NCBI GenBank assembly: GCA_028683835.1
Contig: JAQUHB010000001.1
Coordinates: 65,060 to 129,059, forward strand
Direction: 5' to 3'
Origin: Sulfurimonadaceae bacterium
GTDB lineage: Bacteria > Campylobacterota > Campylobacteria > Campylobacterales > Sulfurimonadaceae
DNA length: 64,000 nucleotides
Of this stretch, positions 27,314 to 35,438 are shown one piece after another; position 1 is the first letter of the stretch, and each line of letters starts with the position of its first letter. Under the pieces are notes generated by a model, which saw only the letters and a program-made list of their open reading frames with translations, searched no databases and was not told the DNA's origin. The position numbers and the translations under genes were made by a program.

Positions 27314-29227
27314 TTAAGCGAGTTGTACAAACTGTGTCAGTTCTGAAAATACAACTGCTCTGTAATCGTTTGTAAGCATCTTTTCTATCATTTGAGCGAG
27401 ATTTTCGTCCATATGTAAGCCTGCTGAGGCTATTTTTCTTATGTCTTCCGGTTTTTCTCTTTTGTTCTCATTTGTAAATCTTTCATACGCCGAGTAGGGC
27501 TCTTTCTTTGTGAATGCAAAGTAAAGTTTTCGTCCAAGTTCGAAGAGTTCGAACTCCTCATTTTTTCCTGTATTGCCTATTTTATTCAGATCGATTTCAA
27601 GCGCTATATTTTTTGCTCTGAAATATGCATTTAGTTGCATAAAAAATCCGATATATGCAGAACTGTAGTTACTCAAAACTCTGTCATGAAACTTCTCAAA
27701 ACTTTCATTTTTTAAGCGAAGTCTTTTGTATTCCAGCATCAGAGTTTCAACATAAAAACGGGCAAATCTTAAAGGTGCTGCTTTAATAACGCTGTAGCCT
27801 TCGAGTCCTTCACTTACAAGTTTTCCGCCAAGAGAGATGTGTACGCCATCCTCTGTGACTCCGCCGACTTTCGCTTTACATCCCTCAAAGCCGATATCGC
27901 CAAGTCCATGAAGCCCGCATCCTTTGACACACGCCGACCAATACATTCTCACACGTCCAGATTCTAAAGGTACTTTTTCTCCTAAGTAAGTCGCCATATC
28001 GATAGCATCCTGTTTGTTTTCTATAACACCAAATGAGCAGTGTTTTGTTCCAGCACACGCGATGAGATTGTTAAAATATGGAGTATTGATATTTTTATAT
28101 TTTTCGAAAAATGGCTCAGACAGGAGTGCGGGCACATCTTTGACTCCCAAAATATAGATATTTTGCCCCGTACTAAAACGGATTTCGCTATTGCCATAGC
28201 GCTCACTGAGTTCACTGACATGTAAGAGATCGCTTCCGCTAAATATACCCGAGGGAATAACTACATGGACGCCAAAACTTCCATCACGAAGTTGGACTTT
28301 CCCATGGTCGGCATCTGAAAAATCAAGCGCTGTCATCGTTTCACCTGCAGTTGCAAAGTCGATCTTTGCATTTTCACGTATAGCAGAAGATATTTCAGCC
28401 ATTCCAACTTCTTCGATCAAATAATTGAGACGGTTTTTATTTCTATTGTCACGAAAACCAAAGCGTTTAAAAAGATCGATGATAGACGCATAAGCGCAGG
28501 TGACCTCTTCATGTGAAGATAAGAAGATATCTGCACTTTTTGCTACCTCGCCCACTTTGCCGCCAAGATACATGTTATAGCCATAAACACCATTTTTTTG
28601 AGCGAGGATAAAACAGCAGTCATGCCCGTAAACGTTACATCTATTTGACAGTGAGCCAGAAATAGAAGTGTTAAACTTTCTAGGAAGTGCACTTATCCAC
28701 GCAGGATCGTGCAAAAACTGGCTTTGGAGTTTTTCTAAGAGAGGCTGAGATTCCAAAACATTATCAAATGCATATTTATCTAAAGGATCATTGACAATAT
28801 TTCTAAAGTTATCAACACCTGTTTGAAAAGAATCGATGCCGACTGTTTGCAAACGGCGCAGAAGTGTTGGAATATTTTCTATATCCAAATATCTAAGTTC
28901 TATCTGCGCGCGAGTAGTGATATCGATATAGTCTTGCCCAAAATCTCGTGCGACTTCGCCGATAGCTCTCGCCTGAACAGAATTCAGATGTCCACCCGCA
29001 ATACGAACTCGCATCATAAATTGTTTTGGAGTTAGACCATCTTTATCAAAGATACCAAAACATTTAAGAAAATATTTTTTATCCTCATCAGGGATGGAGT
29101 CATAACCACTTTGTGCGTATTCATCGAGTTTTGAAAATACATCCATCGGATTTTTGAGGATTTTGACTTCTTCTATTTTATTGACTTTTTTATTTCTTGC
29201 GATAAACGCTTCATGTAACTTTTGCAT
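27314..29227 (-). CDS. nirA: ferredoxin-type nitrite (sulfite) reductase hemoprotein with a C-terminal extension
   Basis: It has the siroheme / 4Fe-4S Cys motif (CAGTKHC ... CVKGCG) and a duplicated NIR_SIR fold. I chose the start at 29227 (MQKLHEAF) because GGAG lies 8 nt upstream. The track start at 29263 falls inside the conserved promoter box. Confidence 0.85.
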   Translation of the reverse strand: MQKLHEAFIARNKKVNKIEEVKILKNPMDVFSKLDEYAQSGYDSIPDEDKKYFLKCFGIFDKDGLTPKQFMMRVRIAGGHLNSVQARAIGEVARDFGQDYIDITTRAQIELRYLDIENIPTLLRRLQTVGIDSFQTGVDNFRNIVNDPLDKYAFDNVLESQPLLEKLQSQFLHDPAWISALPRKFNTSISGSLSNRCNVYGHDCCFILAQKNGVYGYNMYLGGKVGEVAKSADIFLSSHEEVTCAYASIIDLFKRFGFRDNRNKNRLNYLIEEVGMAEISSAIRENAKIDFATAGETMTALDFSDADHGKVQLRDGSFGVHVVIPSGIFSGSDLLHVSELSERYGNSEIRFSTGQNIYILGVKDVPALLSEPFFEKYKNINTPYFNNLIACAGTKHCSFGVIENKQDAIDMATYLGEKVPLESGRVRMYWSACVKGCGLHGLGDIGFEGCKAKVGGVTEDGVHISLGGKLVSEGLEGYSVIKAAPLRFARFYVETLMLEYKRLRLKNESFEKFHDRVLSNYSSAYIGFFMQLNAYFRAKNIALEIDLNKIGNTGKNEEFELFELGRKLYFAFTKKEPYSAYERFTNENKREKPEDIRKIASAGLHMDENLAQMIEKMLTNDYRAVVFSELTQFVQLA

Positions 29228-29253
29228 TATTCTTCTCCAAGTATTGTAGAGAA

Positions 29254-29282
29254 ATTTTAACATTCATTTAATGTAAAATTAA
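29254..29282 (-). promoter_or_regulatory. nirA promoter candidate: conserved box TTAATTTTACATTAA plus extended -10 TGtTAAAAT
   Basis: On the minus strand the box lies at 29282-29268 and the extended -10 at 29262-29254. The spacing to the palindrome and to the ATG matches the nasA copy. Confidence 0.45.
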
Positions 29283-29286
29283 CAAT

Positions 29287-29311
29287 TTATTGATTAAATT
29301 TTAATCAATAA
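29287..29311. promoter_or_regulatory. 25-bp perfect palindrome operator candidate (nirA / narK divergent region)
   Basis: The sequence is TTATTGATTAAA-T-TTTAATCAATAA. The central 23 bp are identical to 12517-12539. Confidence 0.65.
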
Positions 29312-29339
29312 GATGGTTATTTAAAGGAATGTTTCCTGA

Positions 29340-29345
29340 TATACT
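29340..29345 (+). promoter_or_regulatory. -10 candidate TATACT for narK
   Basis: It lies within the shared 11-mer GATATACTTTT (29338-29348), 41 nt from the palindrome centre. Confidence 0.4.
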
Positions 29346-29393
29346 TTTGATGTTCGAAAGTTTTTAATGAAAAATTAAGTTAAGGAGAATCAC

Positions 29394-30674
29394 ATGGCGG
29401 GTTTTAAAGAGTTAAAGGGACAGGGACATTGGCCGACGCTTTTGGCGGCATTTTTGTATTTTGATTTTAGTTTCATGGTGTGGACTATGCTTGGGCCACT
29501 CGCAACAGAGATAGGTGAGTCATTGGCAGCCAGTGGATTTGTGATGAGTGCTTCTGCAAAAGCGACTCTTCTATCTATTCCTATTCTCTCAGGTGCGATT
29601 CTTCGTATAGTACTTGGGTTTGGTGTTGATAAATTTGGTGCAAAAGCTACGGCTCTTGTTTCTCAAGCAGTTGTTATTGCTGTACTTTTTTATGCTTACT
29701 TTAGAGGTGAGGGGATTACATATAATGAACTCATAATGGTTGCATTTGGTCTTGGTTTTGCAGGTGCATCTTTTGCAGTTGCTCTTCCTCAAGCTGGACA
29801 GTGGTATCCGCCGAAGCTTCAAGGTGTTGTTCTTGGAATTGCAGGTGCAGGAAATATCGGTGTGGTTATCGACTTTCTTTTCGCTCCAAAGATAGCGCAG
29901 TTTTGGGGATGGCAGTCTGTATTTTTAGTTGGTGCCGTACTTTCAAGTATTATCTTTGTGACATATATGTTTATGGCAAAAAATGCTCCTCTTGAAGTGT
30001 ATACACCACGTCCTAAAAAATTAAAAGATTACGGAAAACTTTTGAAAGATAAAGATACTTGGTGGTTTAACCTTTTTTATGCCGTAAGTTTTGGTGGATT
30101 TGTTGGATTTGCCGGATATATGAAAGTTTATTTGATGGGCACATATCAAGCAGATATGAGCGCTTTTGGTTTGGACTTTTTAGATGAGAGTAACGTTAAA
30201 GTTGTTGCTGGATACTTTGGAGCTTTATGTATCTTTGCTGGTGCAGTTCTTCGTCCTGTCGGTGGAGCGATAGCAGATAAAATGGGTGGAGTAAAATCAC
30301 TTTACTTCTTTTATGGAACAGTTGCAGCGATGGCACTTTTGAGTGCTTACATCACACTTCCGTTTTATTTTGCGATCTTAGTGATGTTCTTGATTATGGC
30401 AAATCTTGGTATGGCAAACGGTGCTGTATTTCAGCTAGTACCTCAGAGATTTGGTAAAGATATCGGTATAATGACAGGCATTATCGGGGCGGCTGGTGGT
30501 CTTGGCGGATCAGCGCTTATCCAGACTTTTGGATGGAGTAAAGGTGCATTTGATGGCTACTCAGCTGGATTTACTATCTTTGCAGGTGTTGTTTTACTCG
30601 CTCTTATGGGTATCAGTTTTGTGAAAACTAGATGGAGAACTACTTGGGGTCTTCAAGCTGGCGGTAGAATTTAA
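29394..30674 (+). CDS. narK: MFS nitrate/nitrite transporter
   Basis: It is a 12-TM MFS protein with NNP-family Gly-rich motifs (GFAGASFAVALPQ, GAAGGLGG). An AGGAG Shine-Dalgarno precedes the start, and it is divergent from nirA. Confidence 0.85.
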   Translation: MAGFKELKGQGHWPTLLAAFLYFDFSFMVWTMLGPLATEIGESLAASGFVMSASAKATLLSIPILSGAILRIVLGFGVDKFGAKATALVSQAVVIAVLFYAYFRGEGITYNELIMVAFGLGFAGASFAVALPQAGQWYPPKLQGVVLGIAGAGNIGVVIDFLFAPKIAQFWGWQSVFLVGAVLSSIIFVTYMFMAKNAPLEVYTPRPKKLKDYGKLLKDKDTWWFNLFYAVSFGGFVGFAGYMKVYLMGTYQADMSAFGLDFLDESNVKVVAGYFGALCIFAGAVLRPVGGAIADKMGGVKSLYFFYGTVAAMALLSAYITLPFYFAILVMFLIMANLGMANGAVFQLVPQRFGKDIGIMTGIIGAAGGLGGSALIQTFGWSKGAFDGYSAGFTIFAGVVLLALMGISFVKTRWRTTWGLQAGGRI

Positions 30675-30680
30675 GGAGAA

Positions 30681-32318
30681 ATGATGTCACAAGCCAACAT
30701 AAAAAGTTCAGGATTTACCCTTGCAAAGGGAAAAAAACTTGTTGGTGATGACGTTTATGAAGTAAAAATGCTTGGCGATCTTACCATCGCCATAGTGTGT
30801 GATGGTGTAGGAAGTGCCTCTCATGGGCGTGAAGCAGCCTCAAGAGTTACTTCTTATCTCATCAATAACTTCAAAACGCGCCCAAAAAGCTGGAGTATTG
30901 AAAAATCTATTCTCACTTTTGTAGAATCGATCAACTCTATTCTTTATCAAGAATCACAGATCAATTATGAAGCATCAGAACTCGTTACTACTATAGCGCT
31001 TATCGTCATTGAGGGTAATCGTCTTTATGGCGTCAATGTCGGTGACAGTAGAGTCTACATGGTCAGAGAAAACGAACTGATTCAACTCTCACAAGATCAT
31101 GCGATGCAAGAGAGTGGATACGAGGGAGTTCTCACTGAGGCAATAGGAATCTCTAAAGAAGTTTCTCCATATTATTTTGAAAATATCATTCAAAAAAATG
31201 ACAAGATCTTGCTTTGTAGTGATGGGCTTTATAGTATTATGGATGATGAACGTCTAATAAGTGGCTTGCCTTTTGGTGCGCACGGCTTAGTTAAAAAAGC
31301 AAGCAAGATCATGCAACACGATTTGCCAGATGATACCACGGCGGTAGTCGTCGAGATACTTAAGGCTGATGAACTTATTATCTTAAAACAGCAAATTTTA
31401 CCGATTCCAGAAACTTTGAAAAAAGGGCAGGTGATAGACGGGTTTGTGTTAGAAGAGTCACTCATTCAAAACAATAGAACTTGGAAATGTTCTAAAAAAT
31501 CAAGAGAATATGTCATCAAATTTGCACCCTTGGAGGGAATTGATGATGAAGCAGTAATTGACCTCTACATCAAAGAAGCATGGAATGCTAAAAGACTGAG
31601 ATCCAAGTTTTTTCCAAAAGCAGTGATTCCTAAAAAACGAAGTAGCCGTTACTATATTATGCAATTTACAGGCGGTGAAGATCTTGATAGTTATCTAAAA
31701 AAACAGCAGTTAAGTATTGATGATACGATAGAACTTGCAAAGACTCTTTTAAATATGTCACAATATCTTCTCAAATTTGATCTTCTCCATGGTGACATCA
31801 AGACAAATAATGTCATGATACTAAAAGGTGAGTCGACAAAATTTAAGATCATTGATTTTGGAAGTATTACTGAGATATTTTCATCCGATTCAAGGGCAGG
31901 AACGCCAAGTTACCTTTCTCCGCAAAGATTTCAAAATGAAGCGATCAGCGAAACAACTGAGATATTTTCTATTGGTGTTTTACTCTATTTAACACTCACG
32001 AAAAAATATCCTTATGGTGAGATTGAGCCATTTCAAACTCCTGTTTTTAAAGAGGCTAAAAAACCGAGTGTCTATAATAAAAATATTCCTGCATGGCTTG
32101 ACAGTGTAATCCTTCGCGCCATTGCTATCGAAACAGAACGTAGATATGGGCACTATACAGAGATGATGGTTGAACTTCAAAATCCTCAAAAAGTGAAACC
32201 GTTTTTTCCAAAAAACAGCTCTATCATCCAAAGATCACCTTTGCTATTTTATAGAACGGCGTTTACGGTAATGTTTATACTCAATATTATTTTGATTTTT
32301 TACTGCAATACTAAATAA
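30681..32318 (+). CDS. bifunctional PP2C-type phosphatase / Ser-Thr protein kinase with C-terminal membrane anchor
   Basis: PP2C motifs lie in the N-terminal ~225 aa (CDGVGSASHG, GDSRVYMV, LLCSDGL, DDTTAVVVEI). Hanks kinase motifs follow (YVIKF, LHGDIKTNNVMI, IIDFGS, GTPSYLSPQ). A C-terminal TM helix is present (FTVMFILNIILIFYC). It starts 6 nt after the narK stop. Confidence 0.85.
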   Translation: MMSQANIKSSGFTLAKGKKLVGDDVYEVKMLGDLTIAIVCDGVGSASHGREAASRVTSYLINNFKTRPKSWSIEKSILTFVESINSILYQESQINYEASELVTTIALIVIEGNRLYGVNVGDSRVYMVRENELIQLSQDHAMQESGYEGVLTEAIGISKEVSPYYFENIIQKNDKILLCSDGLYSIMDDERLISGLPFGAHGLVKKASKIMQHDLPDDTTAVVVEILKADELIILKQQILPIPETLKKGQVIDGFVLEESLIQNNRTWKCSKKSREYVIKFAPLEGIDDEAVIDLYIKEAWNAKRLRSKFFPKAVIPKKRSSRYYIMQFTGGEDLDSYLKKQQLSIDDTIELAKTLLNMSQYLLKFDLLHGDIKTNNVMILKGESTKFKIIDFGSITEIFSSDSRAGTPSYLSPQRFQNEAISETTEIFSIGVLLYLTLTKKYPYGEIEPFQTPVFKEAKKPSVYNKNIPAWLDSVILRAIAIETERRYGHYTEMMVELQNPQKVKPFFPKNSSIIQRSPLLFYRTAFTVMFILNIILIFYCNTK

Positions 32319-32439
32319 AGTGACATTTTTGCACTATTAAACTTTTCGTAACTTCATTATAATATCTCTTATTACAAGGAGATATTATGAAAGTTGTATT
32401 TGGATTTTTAATCAACCATAAACTGGGAGGGGTAAATAG

Positions 32440-33387
32440 ATGCATATAGCAGTTTCAGCTTGTCTCTTGGGGGAGAATGTACGGTTTGACGGCGGACATA
32501 AGCGCGATGAGTTTGTGACAAAACAAATCTCAAAGTATGCTTCATTTGTCTCCTTTTGTCCGGAAGCTTTGGCATTTGGGATTCCAAGACCTTCGCTTCG
32601 CATTATTAGCGATGGTGAAAATGAGAGGATCATCTCAAATAAAACTGGGGATGATCTTACACAAGCGATGATAGATGTCTCTAAGAGCGAGATCGACAAG
32701 ATTACTCAAACTCCACTCACCGGCATCATCTTCAAATCACGATCTCCAAGCTGTGGGATGATGAGTGCTAAAAAGTATCTGCAAAATGGTTTTAACGATG
32801 GGAAAACAGATGGCATTTTTATGAAGATGTGCCGTGAGCGGTTTCCGCTTTTGCCGATGGAAGAGGAGGGCAGGCTTCAAGATGCATGGTTGAGAGAAAA
32901 CTTCATGATGCAGCTCTTTGCTTATGATTCTATAGAAAAATTAAAAGAAAATTCCTATGATATAAAATCACTTGTAAAGTTTCATACTCAAAATAAGTTT
33001 TTACTTCAGGCTAAAAATGAGAAGCTCTATCGTGAGCTTGGCAATATCGTAGGCAATCATGAGAACTTATCATTTGTGGAACTTTTTGAAGCTTACGAAC
33101 AAAAATTTAAACTTGCCATCTCGAAAAAAAGCACTATCAAAAAAAATAGAAATGTCCTTGAACATATGGCAGGGTTTTTTAAAAAAAATCTGAGCAAAGT
33201 GGAAAAAGAGGTGGTGCATGAGCATATACAAGAGTATGCAGATAAGCTCGTGCCTATCATTGTTCCACTAAGTACCATCAAGCTTTTTGCGCAAAAATAC
33301 AATACCACGTATCTGCTTGAACAGGTATTTTTAGAGCCATACCCAAAAGAGTTGGCTCTTCGTTCTGACATTGACAGTTCAAAATAA
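32440..33387 (+). CDS. ybgA: YbgA-family protein (DUF523 + DUF1722)
   Basis: The N-terminus is SACLLGENVRFDGGHK (DUF523) and the C-terminal half is helical (DUF1722-like). It sits upstream of a photolyase gene, as in the E. coli ybgA-phr operon. Confidence 0.8.
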   Translation: MHIAVSACLLGENVRFDGGHKRDEFVTKQISKYASFVSFCPEALAFGIPRPSLRIISDGENERIISNKTGDDLTQAMIDVSKSEIDKITQTPLTGIIFKSRSPSCGMMSAKKYLQNGFNDGKTDGIFMKMCRERFPLLPMEEEGRLQDAWLRENFMMQLFAYDSIEKLKENSYDIKSLVKFHTQNKFLLQAKNEKLYRELGNIVGNHENLSFVELFEAYEQKFKLAISKKSTIKKNRNVLEHMAGFFKKNLSKVEKEVVHEHIQEYADKLVPIIVPLSTIKLFAQKYNTTYLLEQVFLEPYPKELALRSDIDSSK

Positions 33388-34736
33388 TGAAACGTATTCT
33401 TTGGTTTCGACGTGATCTTAGAGTCAGCGATAACTCGCTTCTCACATTTGGCGGTGAGGTGTTACCGATCTTTATCTTTGACACGAATATTTTAGACTCT
33501 TTGGATATAAACGATAGACGAATAACCATCATTTTTAATGCAGTTGTGAAACTAAAATCTGATCTCCAAGAGATAGGACTTGATCTCAAAATCTATTATG
33601 GTAAACCCATAGAAATTTTAAAACATCTTGCGTCATTTGGATTTGATGAAGTAGTCGCAAGCGGAGATTATGATGCTTACGCAAGACAAAGGGATCTTGA
33701 GGTTTCGCAGTTTATCCATTTTAGATACTTGAGTGACACCTATATTTTTAAACCTCATGAGGTTTTAAAAGAGGATAAAACGCCCTATTTGGTGTTTACT
33801 CCTTTTTATCAAAAAGCTTTGAAAGTCTTAGAAAACAGAGAAATTTTTAAAAAAGAGATTGCCACTCATACGCTTCATACTATTTGCTATGATGGTATTT
33901 CAGGCTTTAAAAATAGTAAATGTATCCAGTTGGATTTAGAGATGAAAACTCTTGGATTTCAAAAAACAGAATTAGATCAAATCTCCTTAAAATCAAAGCT
34001 TCAAAGCTTACGCCTAAAGCTTTGTATATATAAACTTGAGAGAGATTTTTTAAGTCTTGATGCCACTTCAAACCTGAGTGTCGAACTTCGCTTTGGAACG
34101 CTTGGCATAAGAGAACTGCTTCGTTTTGTACAAGGGTTAGATGGAAGTGCGGACTTTATCCGCCAGCTAATCTTTCGCGATTTTTATGCGTATCTTCTCT
34201 TTCATTTCCCTCGCATTGAGCATGAAAACTACAAATATAGTTTTAACGGTATTGCAGATCAGCAAAAATATGAACTTTTTTGCAGTGCAAAAACGGGAGT
34301 TCCCATCATCGATGCCGCAGTCACTCAGCTCATTACAACAGGAAAGATGCACAATCGTGCTCGTATGGTCGCAGCTTCTTTTTTTACCAAAGATCTATTG
34401 CTTCCGTGGCAATGGGGAGAGAAGTTTTTTGCAAAACATCTTTTGGATTATGACAAAGCGAGCAATGTGCTTTCTTGGCAGTGGAGTGCAGGAACTGGCG
34501 TTGATCCACAACCCTACTTTAGGGTTTTCAATCCCTATTTACAGGCAAAGAGGTTTGATAAAGATACTTTTTATATTAAACAATATCTATCTCAGCTTTG
34601 TGATATAGACTTAAAAAATATTCATGATGAAGAGTGGCTTTTAAACAATAAAATATTAGAATATCCCCGTCCCATTATTAGACATCATGAGGCATCAAAA
34701 ATAGCGATAGAGAGCTTTAAACACATGGAGATCTAA
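33387..34736 (+). CDS. phrB: deoxyribodipyrimidine photolyase
   Basis: The N-terminus is ILWFRRDLRVSDN, and the FAD-binding C-terminus includes MHNRARM, SWQWSAGTGVDPQPYFRVFNP. Its start overlaps the ybgA stop (TAATG). Confidence 0.92.
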   Translation: MKRILWFRRDLRVSDNSLLTFGGEVLPIFIFDTNILDSLDINDRRITIIFNAVVKLKSDLQEIGLDLKIYYGKPIEILKHLASFGFDEVVASGDYDAYARQRDLEVSQFIHFRYLSDTYIFKPHEVLKEDKTPYLVFTPFYQKALKVLENREIFKKEIATHTLHTICYDGISGFKNSKCIQLDLEMKTLGFQKTELDQISLKSKLQSLRLKLCIYKLERDFLSLDATSNLSVELRFGTLGIRELLRFVQGLDGSADFIRQLIFRDFYAYLLFHFPRIEHENYKYSFNGIADQQKYELFCSAKTGVPIIDAAVTQLITTGKMHNRARMVAASFFTKDLLLPWQWGEKFFAKHLLDYDKASNVLSWQWSAGTGVDPQPYFRVFNPYLQAKRFDKDTFYIKQYLSQLCDIDLKNIHDEEWLLNNKILEYPRPIIRHHEASKIAIESFKHMEI

Positions 34737-34737
34737 A

Positions 34738-35376
34738 ATGCTAAATCTGCAAGATATGAGACAAGATTATAAAAAAGCTGAGCTGAGTAAAGAGAGTGTA
34801 GATGAAAGTCCGTTTGTGCAGTTTGAACAGTGGTTTGGTGATGCACAAAGATCAGAAATTTTAGAACCAAACTCTATGGTAGTAGCAACTTGCGGCAGCG
34901 ATGGCTTGCCCAATCTTCGCGCCGTTTTATTAAAAATTTTCGATGAACGCGGTTTTGTATTTTTTACTAACTATCATAGTAACAAAGCTCTTGAGATAGA
35001 GCAAAATCCAAATGTTGCGGCTGAGTTTTTATGGCTTGATTTAGAGCGGCAAGTGAGAGTGCGCGGTAGATGTGAAAAGATAAGCACCGCCGAGTCTCTG
35101 AGCTACTTTTTAAAGCGCTCACGTGAGAGTCAGTTAGGTGCTTGGGTGAGTGACCAGAACAAGATTATTAGCTCGAGAAAGATGCTCATGATGCAGATAG
35201 AGAAGATGAAAGCCAAGTTTCAAAGCGGTAATGTTCCGTTACCTGATTTTTGGGGTGGATATAGAATCATCCCACACTCTATAGAGTTTTGGCAAGGACG
35301 AGAGAGTAGACTTCATGACCGTATTTTATATACCAAAGAGGGTGAGAATTGGAAGATCAGCAGACTTGCGCCCTAA
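34738..35376 (+). CDS. pdxH: pyridoxamine 5'-phosphate oxidase
   Basis: It is 212 aa with PdxH motifs (ATCGSDGLPNLRAVLLK, EFWQGRESRLHDR). It starts 1 nt after the phrB stop. Confidence 0.92.
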   Translation: MLNLQDMRQDYKKAELSKESVDESPFVQFEQWFGDAQRSEILEPNSMVVATCGSDGLPNLRAVLLKIFDERGFVFFTNYHSNKALEIEQNPNVAAEFLWLDLERQVRVRGRCEKISTAESLSYFLKRSRESQLGAWVSDQNKIISSRKMLMMQIEKMKAKFQSGNVPLPDFWGGYRIIPHSIEFWQGRESRLHDRILYTKEGENWKISRLAP

Positions 35377-35438
35377 GGCTTACATCTAAATAAAATAGAT
35401 ACAATTTGAACGATAGATTTAACAACTATGGAGTAACA

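Noticed and set aside
32387-32449. A 20-codon upstream ORF (MKVVFGFLINHKLGGVNRCI) with a strong AGGAG Shine-Dalgarno, overlapping the ybgA start.
   Set aside because: It is too short to evaluate, has no conservation evidence, and its composition is unremarkable. It could be a leader peptide for the ybgA-phrB-pdxH operon, but the sequence alone does not support it.
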